Assembly (NCBI GenBank): GCA_947648875.1
Contig: CANSPM010000011.1
Location: 4,490-68,489 of the forward strand
Source: an uncultured Lachnospiraceae bacterium
GTDB lineage: Bacteria; Bacillota; Clostridia; Lachnospirales; Lachnospiraceae
Length of the DNA stretch: 64,000 bases
Direction: 5' to 3'
Positions within the stretch are counted from its first letter, which is position 1, and each line of letters opens with the position of its first letter. Of this stretch, positions 1 to 9,993 are shown one piece after another. Below the pieces are notes generated by a model. The model made no database searches and had not been told where the DNA came from. It saw nothing but the letters and a program-made list of their open reading frames with translations. A program made the translations under genes and the position numbers.

Positions 1-283
1 CCAGATGAAGATGTTCCTGACACGTATCGGGTTCGGTTCCAAGGTGGTAGTCACCGGCGACAGTTCTCAGAAGGATCTGCCCACCGGCAGCCAGTCCGGC
101 CTGGATGTGGCCACAAGAGTGCTGGGGAAGGTGGAGGACATCGCTTTCTGTAATCTTACCAGCAAGGATGTGGTGCGTCATCCGCTGGTGCAGAAGATTG
201 TCAAGGCTTATGACGACTACGAGGCGCGGGAGAAGTACAGAGAAAAGGCAAAGGGCAGAGAAAAGAGACACGGTCGGAAGTGA
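1..283 (+). CDS. phoH: PhoH-like ATPase, C-terminal fragment (gene begins upstream of the window)
   Basis: The open frame runs from the window edge. '[21 protein letters not shown]' and '[11 protein letters not shown]' match the conserved PhoH C-terminal core. ybeY follows, as in Firmicute phoH-ybeY operons. Confidence 0.85.
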   Translation, partial: QMKMFLTRIGFGSKVVVTGDSSQKDLPTGSQSGLDVATRVLGKVEDIAFCNLTSKDVVRHPLVQKIVKAYDDYEAREKYREKAKGREKRHGRK

Positions 284-335
284 CCATGGTATGGATAAAA
301 ACGGATGAGATTTTCCGGAGGGGAGAAGCACTACA

Positions 336-842
336 ATGCCTTTTTATGTTGAGAATGAGACCGAAGTGACATACTCCTTTGATGTGGAACAAACCGTGGA
401 GGCGGTGGCAACGGCAGTGTTGGAGTCGGAAGGCTGTCCTTATCAGGTACAGGTAAATGTGCTGATCACCGACAATGAGGGGATCAGGGAGTTTAACCGG
501 CAGTATCGTCAGATTGACAGGGAGACGGATGTGTTGTCCTTTCCCAATCTGGAGTATGACACGCCGGGGAATTTTCAAAGCGCGGAGGAACAGAAAGCGG
601 ACTGCTTTGATCCGGACAGCGGCGAACTGATTTTGGGAGATATCATTCTGTCGGTGGACAGAATTGCCGGACAGGCCCGGGAATATGGGCACAGCCTGCG
701 GCGGGAACTGGCGTTTCTGGTGGCGCACAGCATGTTGCATCTCTGTGGCTACGATCATATGGAGCCGGAGGAAGCGGCGGTGATGGAGCAAAAGCAGGAA
801 CAGGTTCTGACCGTGCTGGGCATTACCAGAGACCCGGCATAA
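336..842 (+). CDS. ybeY: rRNA maturation endoribonuclease YbeY
   Basis: 168 aa with the zinc motif 'HSMLHLCGYDH' (H-x3-H-x5-H). Position after phoH is typical. Confidence 0.9.
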   Translation: MPFYVENETEVTYSFDVEQTVEAVATAVLESEGCPYQVQVNVLITDNEGIREFNRQYRQIDRETDVLSFPNLEYDTPGNFQSAEEQKADCFDPDSGELILGDIILSVDRIAGQAREYGHSLRRELAFLVAHSMLHLCGYDHMEPEEAAVMEQKQEQVLTVLGITRDPA

Positions 843-880
843 GAAGAACCGATCCAGAAAATACGGAAGGGAACAACCTA

Positions 881-2560
881 ATGAGGCAACAGGAGATAAA
901 GATAAAGCAGATCATATGCTACACCTATGTTATTGGCATTATCGGTATGATTGGTATGGGCAGGGTGTTGGGAGATATGGGAATGGCCTGCCTGACTGTG
1001 GCCATGGAGGGCGCAAGCCTCTTTTTCCTGCTGGTGACCTGCGGGGTGTCGGATGTGATTGCGAAGTTGCAGAGAAACCGCAGAAATAAGGGACAATTCA
1101 AAGGGGTAGCCCGGATGCGCGGACAGTTTTTCATTTTGCAGGGAACCGTGGGGGCGCTGTTGACCGTCATTCTTCTGTTGCTGGCGGAGCCTCTGGCAGG
1201 GAGCTTTTTTCGGGTACCCTATAGCGCGACCGCGTTGAAACTGCTGGCCCCGGTGATTTTGTTTCAGGCCCTTAGCGCGGCATTGCTGGGTTATTTTCAG
1301 GGAAACGGCAGTTATATGCCCTCTCTGGTCAGTGCCGTGCTGCGCCAGGGTTTTTTTCTGGTACTTGGTGCTCTGTTTGGCAGATGGCTGGCGGACTATG
1401 GGGACAAGGTGTCCAGTCTGTTGAAAAATGACTGTTACAGCGGTATGTATGGGGCCATGGGAGTTGCTCTGGGTATCGCGGTCACAGAATTGCTGGTGCT
1501 GCTGTTTCTGCTTGTAGTCTACCTGGGCAGTGACAGGAGGGCGGATGAGCAGAAGAGCCAGGAAGGACTGCGCCGCACGGAGAGCATGGGGGACGTTATT
1601 CGGATTTTCTACGGAGCGTTGTGGAGAGGAGTCTGTACGGCGCTGCTGGCTGTGCTTCCGGTGGTGCTGGGCGGATTTTTTTATCTGCGCGGGGCGGCAT
1701 TACTCAGTGCCGATACACCCGCGCCTGCTCCCCCAGTGGAGGGGGCCGAAGTCGTTTCGGAGGAATTGGCTCCCCTGACAGTACTAACCCCCGACCTGGC
1801 GGTGGCGGGGTATGGCGGTCTCTTTGGAAAATGCCTTTTGCCCTGCGCGGTGTTTGTGCTGATTCTGACCGCCAGATGTTTTCCCGTCTATGGCAGGTTA
1901 TGCGGGAACATCCGCAGGGAGGACGCACGGTATGCCAGGGATGTCGCGGCGGCAGGACTGCATTATGTGTGGACGGTAGGGTTGTATTTTGCTGTGACCG
2001 CAGTGGTGATGGCTCCGCGGATTGCTGCCGGCTTTTTTTCCGGCGGTGAAGAAAGTATGCTGAGAATCGGCGGAAGCCTGGTTCTGGTTATGGGGCTTGT
2101 GGTGCTGTTCTCGATGATTTTGTTGGCTCACGGAGAGAGGTATATCCTGATGGGCATGTTGGGGATCTGGACGGTTCTGCATATTTTATTACAGAATGTC
2201 TTTGTCAGAGGCAGCGGATACAGCGCCGCAGGAGTCCTGTACGGAGCCTCCGTTTCCACGGTGATTCTGCTGGCTGGAATGGCGGCATACTGCGTCTGGC
2301 AGGGAAGAATGAATACAGACTATATCCGGATTCTGGGTGTGCCGCTGGCGGGGGCAGGGATTATGGGGCTGATAATCCTGCTGGTCAACAAACTGTTTGG
2401 CGTCCACATGGGCGATGTGGCGGCGGTGGCAGTGGCCGCTCTGCTGGGGGCGGTGGTCTACGGAGTCATACTGGTGGCAACGAAAAATATACGGGAATAT
2501 GAGATTTCCGTGCTGTATGGAAAGCAGGCCAGAAAATTACTGGGCCGTATAATTTCATAA
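881..2560 (+). CDS. Multi-pass membrane protein, MOP-superfamily flippase-like (SpoVB / polysaccharide biosynthesis protein family)
   Basis: 559 aa with at least 10 hydrophobic segments. 'LLGYFQGNGSYMPSLVSAVLRQ' resembles the GYFQG..M.P..S motif of SpoVB/MurJ-like flippases. A Pro/Ala-rich insert is present ('TPAPAPPVEGAE'). The start codon is uncertain. Confidence 0.5.
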   Translation: MRQQEIKIKQIICYTYVIGIIGMIGMGRVLGDMGMACLTVAMEGASLFFLLVTCGVSDVIAKLQRNRRNKGQFKGVARMRGQFFILQGTVGALLTVILLLLAEPLAGSFFRVPYSATALKLLAPVILFQALSAALLGYFQGNGSYMPSLVSAVLRQGFFLVLGALFGRWLADYGDKVSSLLKNDCYSGMYGAMGVALGIAVTELLVLLFLLVVYLGSDRRADEQKSQEGLRRTESMGDVIRIFYGALWRGVCTALLAVLPVVLGGFFYLRGAALLSADTPAPAPPVEGAEVVSEELAPLTVLTPDLAVAGYGGLFGKCLLPCAVFVLILTARCFPVYGRLCGNIRREDARYARDVAAAGLHYVWTVGLYFAVTAVVMAPRIAAGFFSGGEESMLRIGGSLVLVMGLVVLFSMILLAHGERYILMGMLGIWTVLHILLQNVFVRGSGYSAAGVLYGASVSTVILLAGMAAYCVWQGRMNTDYIRILGVPLAGAGIMGLIILLVNKLFGVHMGDVAAVAVAALLGAVVYGVILVATKNIREYEISVLYGKQARKLLGRIIS

Positions 2561-2654
2561 AATTTGGTTGATACTATGTGTGAGCTTAGAATCGCACATA
2601 GAAAAACGTCTCGTCGAGCCGTTTTTCACAGATTGTGGGAAAAAGGGGTATGAG

Positions 2655-3383
2655 ATGAGACGGACGAGGACGAAAGGGCAGCGGATAGGCATATTTTCAG
2701 TGGGGCTGCTGTTGTGCGGCTTGATGGGAATGACAGGGGGATTGCTGGGGGCCAGACTGGCACAGCGGTATCAGCCGCAGCAGATACGGCAGGAGGTCAT
2801 CCCTGACACATCGGAGGAAACGCCTGATCTATCCCTGCCGGAGGCCACACCCAGATGGCATAATCAGGTAATGGAGACTCCGCAGGAGGATTTGGGGGAA
2901 GAGACAGGACTTTTGACATCCCAGGTGATCAGCATCCCGGAGACTGTCAATGCGGAGACGGAATATATTCTCCGGGAAAAGGATCTCTTGAACGGTTCAG
3001 AGGTGGAGACCAGCGAGGAACTCCCCGATATGTATATCGGTATGAACCGGGAACAGTTCGTGGCCGCTATGGAGAGTTATGAGGCGGCGCCACCTCTGTC
3101 CGAGAAGGAGAGGGGGTTTGTGAGCCTGGACGTGCTGTCCTTCGCTCCCAGCCGGGTGGTAGTTCAGATGAATTACCGGTATGTGCAGCCTTCAAAGAGT
3201 TTTTATGTGGTGGCCATAAACGACCTGATCGTAGTCTATAAGGAAGACAGAGAAACGGTTTATCAATATACGAATATCCGTTTGTCTCAGCTTCCGGAGC
3301 GCTTGCAGCAGGAGATTATCGGTGTGATGTATATTGCGGATGAGGAGAGGCTGTATGACTTCTTGGAAAACTATACCAGCTGA
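2655..3383 (+). CDS. Single-pass membrane-anchored protein of unknown function; C-terminus resembles the BofC C-terminal domain
   Basis: ATG at 2655 is preceded by AAAAGGGG. The N-terminal TM segment is 'IGIFSVGLLLCGLMGMTGGLLG'. The C-terminal 'LIVVYKEDRETVYQYTNIRLSQLPERLQQEIIGVMYIADEERLYDFLENYTS' follows the BofC-C pattern. The function call is weak. Confidence 0.5.
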   Translation: MRRTRTKGQRIGIFSVGLLLCGLMGMTGGLLGARLAQRYQPQQIRQEVIPDTSEETPDLSLPEATPRWHNQVMETPQEDLGEETGLLTSQVISIPETVNAETEYILREKDLLNGSEVETSEELPDMYIGMNREQFVAAMESYEAAPPLSEKERGFVSLDVLSFAPSRVVVQMNYRYVQPSKSFYVVAINDLIVVYKEDRETVYQYTNIRLSQLPERLQQEIIGVMYIADEERLYDFLENYTS

Positions 3384-4698
3384 CGGATATGATGTGGCGG
3401 TGGCGGGCGGCGGCGCTTCGGGAATGACAGCGGCTATTGCGGCGGCCCGGTCCGGGGCCAGGGTGGCGCTGCTGGAACGTGGAGAGAGGCCGGGGAAAAA
3501 ACTTCTGATGACCGGCAATGGCAAGTGTAATCTGGGCAACAGGGATCTGAAACCCTCCCACTACTACAGTGACAATATGGCAATGGCAGCCTCCGTGCTG
3601 GAGCGTTTCGGGACGGAGGAGACCATCGCCTTTTTTTCGTCTCTGGGACTTATGGTGCGGGAGCGGAGGGGGTATCTCTATCCGTACAGCGAGCAGGCGG
3701 CAACGGTGCTGGATGTGCTGCGCTACGGACTGGAGCGGGAAAAGGTAGAGGTCATGCCCCAGGCCATGGTGCGGGAGGTGATTCCCCGGGCGGAAGGACA
3801 CGGCGCTCCAATGGAATACATACTTAGGCTGGATAATGGCAGGGAATTGCGGGCGGAGAGGGTGGTGCTGGCCTGCGGTGGACAGGCGGTTCCCAGGACG
3901 GGTTCGGACGGCAGCGGCTATGCGCTGGCCCGGTCCCTGGGGCATCGGATTGTTCCTCCTGTGCCCTCGCTGGTACAGCTCCACTGCGGCGAAAAATACT
4001 GCAAGGCTCTGGCTGGGGTGCGGTCGGAGGGGACGGTACGGATTTATGGCGACGGACAGGGGAAGCATTCTCGCCGGGACCGCGCTTCTTATAATGAGAG
4101 AGGGGATTTGCTGCTTGAGGAGACGGGGGAGATTCAACTTACGGAGTATGGCATATCCGGCATCCCCGTGTTCCAGTTAAGCGGCGGAGTGAACCAGCTT
4201 CTGGCGCAGAGGAAAGAACTGCGTGCGGAACTGGATTTTTTTTCCCAGTGCGAAGGGGATGCCTATAAGCGGCTGTGCCTAGACAGAATGGAGCATATGG
4301 GACAAGAGTCTGTGGAGATGTTTTTCACAGGGATGCTGCATAAAAAGATTATGGCTGTGTGTGTCCGACTGGCAGGGCTTTCACCGGAAGAGCGTGTGGA
4401 CTGGGCGGATCGGCGGAAGCTGTGGCGTGTTTTTGATCTGTGCCGTCATCTGCCCTTCACCGTCATTGGCAGCCATCCCTTTGAGAGCGCGCAGGTATGC
4501 AGGGGCGGCGTCAGTATGCGGGATGTGGACGCGCAGCTACAGTCCAGGCGTTGCCATGGCCTGTATATGGCCGGAGAATTGCTTCATGTGGATGGCCGCT
4601 GCGGCGGTTATAACCTCCAATGGGCCTGGGCCAGCGGATATATTGCGGGAAGCGCCGCCGGATCAGGAGAGAGTGGCATATTACGTGCGGAGAAGTGA
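3355..4698 (+). CDS. HI0933/BaiN-like FAD-dependent oxidoreductase
   Basis: FAD Rossmann motif 'YDVAVAGGGASGMTAAIAAARSGARVALLERGERPGKKLLMTGNGKCN' is typical of the HI0933 family. ATG at 3355 follows GAGGAGAGG and overlaps the previous gene by 29 nt. Confidence 0.8.
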   Translation: MTSWKTIPADGYDVAVAGGGASGMTAAIAAARSGARVALLERGERPGKKLLMTGNGKCNLGNRDLKPSHYYSDNMAMAASVLERFGTEETIAFFSSLGLMVRERRGYLYPYSEQAATVLDVLRYGLEREKVEVMPQAMVREVIPRAEGHGAPMEYILRLDNGRELRAERVVLACGGQAVPRTGSDGSGYALARSLGHRIVPPVPSLVQLHCGEKYCKALAGVRSEGTVRIYGDGQGKHSRRDRASYNERGDLLLEETGEIQLTEYGISGIPVFQLSGGVNQLLAQRKELRAELDFFSQCEGDAYKRLCLDRMEHMGQESVEMFFTGMLHKKIMAVCVRLAGLSPEERVDWADRRKLWRVFDLCRHLPFTVIGSHPFESAQVCRGGVSMRDVDAQLQSRRCHGLYMAGELLHVDGRCGGYNLQWAWASGYIAGSAAGSGESGILRAEK

Positions 4699-4733
4699 GT
4701 TGCTTTCTGCTATTTATAGATGAGGAATAAAAT

Positions 4734-6509
4734 ATGTTGCGAGTCAATCAGGTAAAGGTAAGCCCCGGTCAGGGAGAGCGGGAAATACTGCAAAAGACGG
4801 CAAGACTGCTTAAATTGGACACAAAGGATATACAGTGTATGGAAATTCTGCGCTGTTCCATTGACGCCCGGAAAAAGCCGGAGATCTGGTGCAATTATAC
4901 AGTGGATGTGGAACTGAAAAAGCCCTCTCTGGAGGCGGGGATTTGCAGGCGTCTGGGACAGGCGCAAGTCGCCCGGATAAAAAGACAGAATTATCAATTT
5001 CCGGACAGCGGTGAAAGGCCTCTTACGCATCCGCCGGTGATTGTGGGCATGGGGCCGGCAGGACTTTTTTGCGCCTACTGTCTGGCTCTGCATGGCTATA
5101 AACCCATAGTGCTGGAGCGTGGGGAGGATGTGGACAGGCGCAGAGCGGATGTACAGCGTTTCTGGGACGAAGGTATTTTGCTGCCCCAATCCAATGTGCA
5201 GTTCGGGGAGGGCGGCGCAGGGACTTTTTCGGACGGAAAACTGAATACGCTGGTCAAGGATAAATATGGCAGAAACAGGGAAGTACTGCGAATCTTTGTG
5301 GCTCACGGCGCACCGAATCGGATTTTATACGACGCCAGACCCCATATGGGCACGGATGTGCTGTCACAGGTAGTCAAAAATATGCGGCAGACGATTCTGG
5401 ACCAGGGAGGACAGGTGCTCTTTGGAACCATGCTGGAAGGGCTGGAAACAGATGCGGACGGGAGCCGGATCGCGGCGGTTTATGTCAGCGGAGGACGCCG
5501 TATCCCCTGCGGGCAGCTGGTGTTGGCCATCGGTCACAGTGCCAGAGATACTTTTCGGATGCTGTATAAGGCGGGACTGCCCATGGAGGCCAAACCTTTT
5601 GCTGTGGGTATGCGCGTCGAACACCCACAGCGTATGATCAACCGGGTTCAGTATGGGACAGAGGAGCCGGAAAAATTGGGCAATGCTCCGGAATCGGCTC
5701 TGGGAGCCGCTTCTTACAAATTGACAGCCAAGGCGTCCGACGGCAGGGGGGTGTACTCTTTCTGTATGTGTCCCGGAGGCTATGTGGTCAATGCCTCCTC
5801 GGAGCCGGGGCGGCTTGCCGTAAACGGTATGAGTTACAGCAGCCGGGACGGAAATAATGCCAACAGCGCCATCATTGTGTCCGTGACGCCAGAGGACTAT
5901 TGCCGTAGTACCTGGAAGGATTGCGCTCCGTCTTTTCAGGAAGATTCACAGGCGGAACGCGTAGACTCCCCTATTGCAGATCCTCTGGCAGGGGTGGAAT
6001 TTCAGCGCCGCCTGGAGGAGAGAGCTTATCGGCTGGGCCGGGGAGCGGTGCCTGTACAGCGCTATGGTATATATAAGGCATGTGTGGAACAGGCGTGCAG
6101 CCAAGAGGAACTGATGAAAGAACAGGGAACGGAGACCGAAGAACTTTCAGCGGATTGCCGGGAGCAGACTCTACAGCCCTGCATCAAGGGGAAATGGCGG
6201 GAGAGCGATCTCAGCGGTCTACTGCCAAGGGAACTGAGCAGGGCTTTTGTGGAGGGCATGGAACAGTTCGGCAGACAGATCCCCGGCTTTAACCGCCCGG
6301 ACGCCATCCTGTCGGGGGTGGAGAGCCGCACTTCCTCGCCGGTGCGGATTCTTAGAGACGAGGAACTACAGTCCCGTATACGGGGGATTTATCCCTGCGG
6401 TGAGGGGGCCGGGTATGCGGGAGGCATCACATCCGCCGCCATGGACGGAATCAGGGTGGCAGAGGCCATCGCCTCTATCTATAAGCCGCTGGAGGATCAC
6501 AGCGTTTAG
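4734..6509 (+). CDS. Uncharacterised FAD-dependent dehydrogenase (COG2509-like)
   Basis: 591 aa with 'VIVGMGPAGLFCAYCLALHGYKPIVLERG', 'GEGGAGTFSDGKLNT' and a C-terminal 'CGEGAGYAGGI' motif. Confidence 0.75.
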   Translation: MLRVNQVKVSPGQGEREILQKTARLLKLDTKDIQCMEILRCSIDARKKPEIWCNYTVDVELKKPSLEAGICRRLGQAQVARIKRQNYQFPDSGERPLTHPPVIVGMGPAGLFCAYCLALHGYKPIVLERGEDVDRRRADVQRFWDEGILLPQSNVQFGEGGAGTFSDGKLNTLVKDKYGRNREVLRIFVAHGAPNRILYDARPHMGTDVLSQVVKNMRQTILDQGGQVLFGTMLEGLETDADGSRIAAVYVSGGRRIPCGQLVLAIGHSARDTFRMLYKAGLPMEAKPFAVGMRVEHPQRMINRVQYGTEEPEKLGNAPESALGAASYKLTAKASDGRGVYSFCMCPGGYVVNASSEPGRLAVNGMSYSSRDGNNANSAIIVSVTPEDYCRSTWKDCAPSFQEDSQAERVDSPIADPLAGVEFQRRLEERAYRLGRGAVPVQRYGIYKACVEQACSQEELMKEQGTETEELSADCREQTLQPCIKGKWRESDLSGLLPRELSRAFVEGMEQFGRQIPGFNRPDAILSGVESRTSSPVRILRDEELQSRIRGIYPCGEGAGYAGGITSAAMDGIRVAEAIASIYKPLEDHSV

Positions 6510-6617
6510 CCTTTATATCCTGGAAAACCGGGCAGAGGGCCTGCGCTGTGGGCAAGTGGAAACAGGGGGATGTCTGAAGGTCTAAAATGGCCGGTCTCAG
6601 GGAAAAGCAGGCTGTCA

Positions 6618-6646
6618 TTGACGTAAGAAACAATTGATGTTAGAAT
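6618..6646 (+). promoter_or_regulatory. SigA-type promoter upstream of proB
   Basis: TTGACG (6618-6623), 17-nt spacer, extended -10 TGtTAGAAT (6638-6646). It lies about 50 nt upstream of the proB GTG. Confidence 0.5.
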
Positions 6647-6694
6647 TTAGAAAGAATACAAGTCATATTATGTACGAATGCGAGGAAATATAAA

Positions 6695-7591
6695 GTGGTG
6701 ACAGCAGGGACTGAAACGAATTGCACAGTGCGGGAGGCACTCAGAGATAAGCAGCGCATTGTAGTGAAAATCGGCTCTTCCTCCTTACAACATATTCCGA
6801 CAGGGGATCTGGACTATATCCGCCTGGAGAAACTGGTGCGGGAGTTGTGTGATATCCGCAATCAGGGAAAGGATGTGATTCTGGTCACATCCGGTGCCAT
6901 AGCCGTGGGCCGGAAAGCCGTGGGCATCCGGGAGATCACGGAGGAAACCAGAGAGCGGCAGATGGCGGTAAAGCAGGCCTGCGCCGCCGTGGGACAGGCG
7001 CGGCTGATGATGACATACCAGAAGATTTTTGCGGAATACAACCAGGTGGCGGCGCAGATTCTCATGACAAAGAATACCATTGTAGATGATTTGAATCGTT
7101 TTAACGCACACAATACATTTACCCAGTTATTGCGGATGGGTGTCGTTCCCATTGTCAATGAGAACGACACGGTGGCCACCTACGAAATTGAGATCGGGGA
7201 CAATGACACGCTTTCGGCCATTGTGGCAGCGCTGGTGGATGCGGATCTGCTCATACTGCTTTCCGATATAGACGGTCTCTATACGGATGACCCAAGGCAA
7301 AACCCGAAAGCAGCGTTTATTCCCCAGGTGGATGAACTGACTGAGGAGTTGCTGGCCATGGGCAAGGGCAGCACAGGGAGCAATGTGGGTACGGGGGGCA
7401 TGAACACTAAATTGCAGGCCGCCCATATTGCCACCAGTTCCGGTGTGGATATGGTGATTGCCAACAGCAAAGACATCGGTATTCTGCATAGAATCCTGGA
7501 CGGTGGGCAGGAGGGAACGCTCTTTGTGGCAAATAAGAAAGAGGGCTTCGATCTGCCGCGGTTTGTCAGCCAGCTGCACCGGCAGCAATAG
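6695..7591 (+). CDS. proB: Glutamate 5-kinase (short form without PUA domain)
   Basis: GTG start. 'VVKIGSSSL', 'ILVTSGAIAVG', 'NENDTV' and 'GTGGMNTKLQAA' are amino-acid kinase / ProB motifs. Confidence 0.9.
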   Translation: MVTAGTETNCTVREALRDKQRIVVKIGSSSLQHIPTGDLDYIRLEKLVRELCDIRNQGKDVILVTSGAIAVGRKAVGIREITEETRERQMAVKQACAAVGQARLMMTYQKIFAEYNQVAAQILMTKNTIVDDLNRFNAHNTFTQLLRMGVVPIVNENDTVATYEIEIGDNDTLSAIVAALVDADLLILLSDIDGLYTDDPRQNPKAAFIPQVDELTEELLAMGKGSTGSNVGTGGMNTKLQAAHIATSSGVDMVIANSKDIGILHRILDGGQEGTLFVANKKEGFDLPRFVSQLHRQQ

Positions 7592-7658
7592 AATCCACAA
7601 CGGACAGTCGACTGGGGAATATTTTCCCGAATCGGCTTTCCAATACAGGGAGGATGAT

Positions 7659-7901
7659 ATGGACGAAAAGACCATGGAACAGAAAATAGCCCGAATCAAC
7701 GCCTTATACCACAAATCCCAGTCCCAGGGACTCTCGGAGGAGGAGAAAGCCGAACAGGCAGCTCTCCGTCAGGAGTATATCGCCAATGTGCGGGCCAATC
7801 TCCGGGGGCAGCTGGATAGCATAACCATCCAAAAAGAGGACGGCACGCTGGAAAATCTGGGGGAAAAATACCGAGGGAGACCTCTGCGTCCGGAACAGTG
7901 A
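7659..7901 (+). CDS. DUF896 (UPF0291, YnzC-like) small protein
   Basis: 80 aa. ATG at 7659 follows AGGGAGG. 'KIARINALYHKS....LSEEEKAEQAALRQEYI' parallels B. subtilis YnzC. Confidence 0.75.
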   Translation: MDEKTMEQKIARINALYHKSQSQGLSEEEKAEQAALRQEYIANVRANLRGQLDSITIQKEDGTLENLGEKYRGRPLRPEQ

Positions 7902-7932
7902 GCGGGCGCAAAAGAACAGACAAGGGGTTTTT

Positions 7933-8556
7933 ATGAGAGAGGAATCCAAAGAGCAAAAAAAGTGTGTCAGGCAGGCGGTTCTGGCCCGCAGGGACGCGCT
8001 TTCCCAGGAGGGGCGGCGCAGAGCGGCCTGTCTGATCACGGAGAGATTACTGGGACATCAGTGGTTTTACCGGGCGGGAATTTTGCTGTGCTATGCCAGT
8101 TATGGCAGTGAGCTGGAAACATATGAACTGATTCGAGAGGCGCTGCGGCTGGGGAAACAGGTATTTTTGCCCCGGGTGATGCCGGGACATCGGATGGAGT
8201 TTTATCAAATTGAATCTCTGGCGGAACTGCAGCCGGGATTTCATGGAATATTGGAACCACCGGAAACGCGTCCCTACAGAGAAATTGTGGGCGAGAAAAC
8301 CCAGGGAGCGCCTGGACCGGAGAGGTGGGAGGCAAAGCGCGGGGGCTTTGAGCAGGCGCTGATGCTGATGCCCGGTGTGGCCTACGACCCATACGGCCAT
8401 CGCCTTGGCTACGGCGGAGGCTACTATGATCGTTATCTGGCGGCACATCCCCGTTTTTTGACGTATTCCATCGGCATTGGTCACCGCTGTCAGCTAGTGG
8501 AGAAACTGCCGGTGGAGGAAACGGATTGCAAGCCCTACCAGGTGATTCTGGTGTGA
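7933..8556 (+). CDS. 5-formyltetrahydrofolate cyclo-ligase
   Basis: 207 aa. '[17 protein letters not shown]' and '[22 protein letters not shown]' are family-typical. Confidence 0.8.
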   Translation: MREESKEQKKCVRQAVLARRDALSQEGRRRAACLITERLLGHQWFYRAGILLCYASYGSELETYELIREALRLGKQVFLPRVMPGHRMEFYQIESLAELQPGFHGILEPPETRPYREIVGEKTQGAPGPERWEAKRGGFEQALMLMPGVAYDPYGHRLGYGGGYYDRYLAAHPRFLTYSIGIGHRCQLVEKLPVEETDCKPYQVILV

Positions 8557-8584
8557 AAATATCGTATACGAAAAGGGGGGCATT

Positions 8585-9832
8585 ATGGATTTAACGGAAA
8601 TGGGAAAAAGGGCTGTAGCCGCCAAATATGAGCTGCAAAGCCTGACTACAGAGGAAAAAAATAAGGCGCTGGAACATGCGGCGGATGCTTTGACAGAGCA
8701 TGTCCGGGAGATTTTGTCCGCCAACGCCCGGGATCTTGAGCGGGGGAGGGAAAACGGAATGCATCAGGGCCTGCTGGACCGTCTGTTGCTGGACCAGGGG
8801 CGAATAGCCTCCATGGCCCAGGGACTTCGGCAGGTTGCGGCGTTGCCGGACCCGGTGGGGGAATGCCTGGAAAGTTTTGAGCGGCCAAACGGTCTGCGTA
8901 TAGAAAAATGCCGGGTTCCTCTGGGGGTTATCGGCATTATCTATGAGTCCAGACCCAATGTCACTGCGGATGCTTTTGCTCTGTGTTTTAAGGCGGGCAA
9001 TGCGGTGATTCTCAAGGGGGGGAGTGACGCGCTGGCCTCCAATATGGCGATTGCTCATGTGCTGCGGCAGGCGCTGGCGGACTGTGGGATTTCAAAGGAT
9101 GCGATTACACTGATCACGGATACAAACCGGGCTGTAACCCAGGCTTTTATGCGGCTGAAAGAGTATGTGGATGTGCTGATTCCCAGGGGGGGCGCGGGGC
9201 TGATTCGCGCGGTTGTGGAGAACAGCACCATCCCGGTGATTGAGACCGGTACGGGAAACTGTCATATTTATGTGGACAGGGATGCGGATCTGGATATGGC
9301 AGTTCCCATCATTGTGAATGCCAAGACCCAGAGGATCGGTGTCTGCAATGCATGTGAATCTCTGGTAATTCACGAAGCTGTGCGGGAAGCGCTGTTGCCC
9401 CGACTACAGAGGGCGCTGGAGGAAAAGCAGGTGCAAATTCGGGGAGATGAGAGGGTTTGCGGCTCCATACGCGGCGCGGTCTCAGCCACCGAGGAGGACT
9501 ATGGCAGGGAGTATCTGGATTATATTATTTCCGTGAAAACCGTTGACTCCCTGGAGGAGGCCATCAGCCATATCAACCGTTACAGCACCCACCATTCCGA
9601 GAGCATTGTCACAGACAATCCTGGGGCGGCGGAGCAGTTCTTGAACAAGGTAGACGCAGCCTGTGTCTATGTGAACGCCTCCACCAGATTTACGGATGGT
9701 TTTGAATTTGGTTTCGGTGCGGAGATTGGGATCAGTACCCAGAAACTTCACGCCCGAGGCCCCATGGGCCTCAGGGAACTGACCAGCTATAAATACCGGA
9801 TCACTGGCGGCGGCCAGGTCAGGCCGGATTAG
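8585..9832 (+). CDS. proA: Gamma-glutamyl phosphate reductase
   Basis: 415 aa with an aldehyde-dehydrogenase fold. Motifs '[14 protein letters not shown]', '[11 protein letters not shown]' (catalytic Cys) and '[13 protein letters not shown]' are present. Confidence 0.92.
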   Translation: MDLTEMGKRAVAAKYELQSLTTEEKNKALEHAADALTEHVREILSANARDLERGRENGMHQGLLDRLLLDQGRIASMAQGLRQVAALPDPVGECLESFERPNGLRIEKCRVPLGVIGIIYESRPNVTADAFALCFKAGNAVILKGGSDALASNMAIAHVLRQALADCGISKDAITLITDTNRAVTQAFMRLKEYVDVLIPRGGAGLIRAVVENSTIPVIETGTGNCHIYVDRDADLDMAVPIIVNAKTQRIGVCNACESLVIHEAVREALLPRLQRALEEKQVQIRGDERVCGSIRGAVSATEEDYGREYLDYIISVKTVDSLEEAISHINRYSTHHSESIVTDNPGAAEQFLNKVDAACVYVNASTRFTDGFEFGFGAEIGISTQKLHARGPMGLRELTSYKYRITGGGQVRPD

Positions 9833-9894
9833 TGTATTGTCCGTAACGTGCGGAGACAGAAAGCCATTTTGTTTGAATCGTGCACATATTTATC

Positions 9895-9924
9895 TGGCAA
9901 AAAACCGTCCTAATGTGCTATGAT
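9895..9924 (+). promoter_or_regulatory. Candidate SigA-type promoter of the flotillin gene
   Basis: TGGCAA (9895-9900), 18-nt spacer, extended -10 TGcTATGAT (9916-9924). Confidence 0.4.
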
Positions 9925-9993
9925 AGACGCATAACATATAGAGAATGCCCACGGCATGGGGCTGTGGGTCAGGGAGACGAAAGGAGAAACATT

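Noticed and set aside
201-4137. Minus-strand ORFs 201-791 (196 aa) and 3316-4137 (273 aa)
   Set aside because: They are antisense to ybeY and to the HI0933-like flavoprotein respectively. There are no motifs and the composition is Arg/His/Pro-rich.
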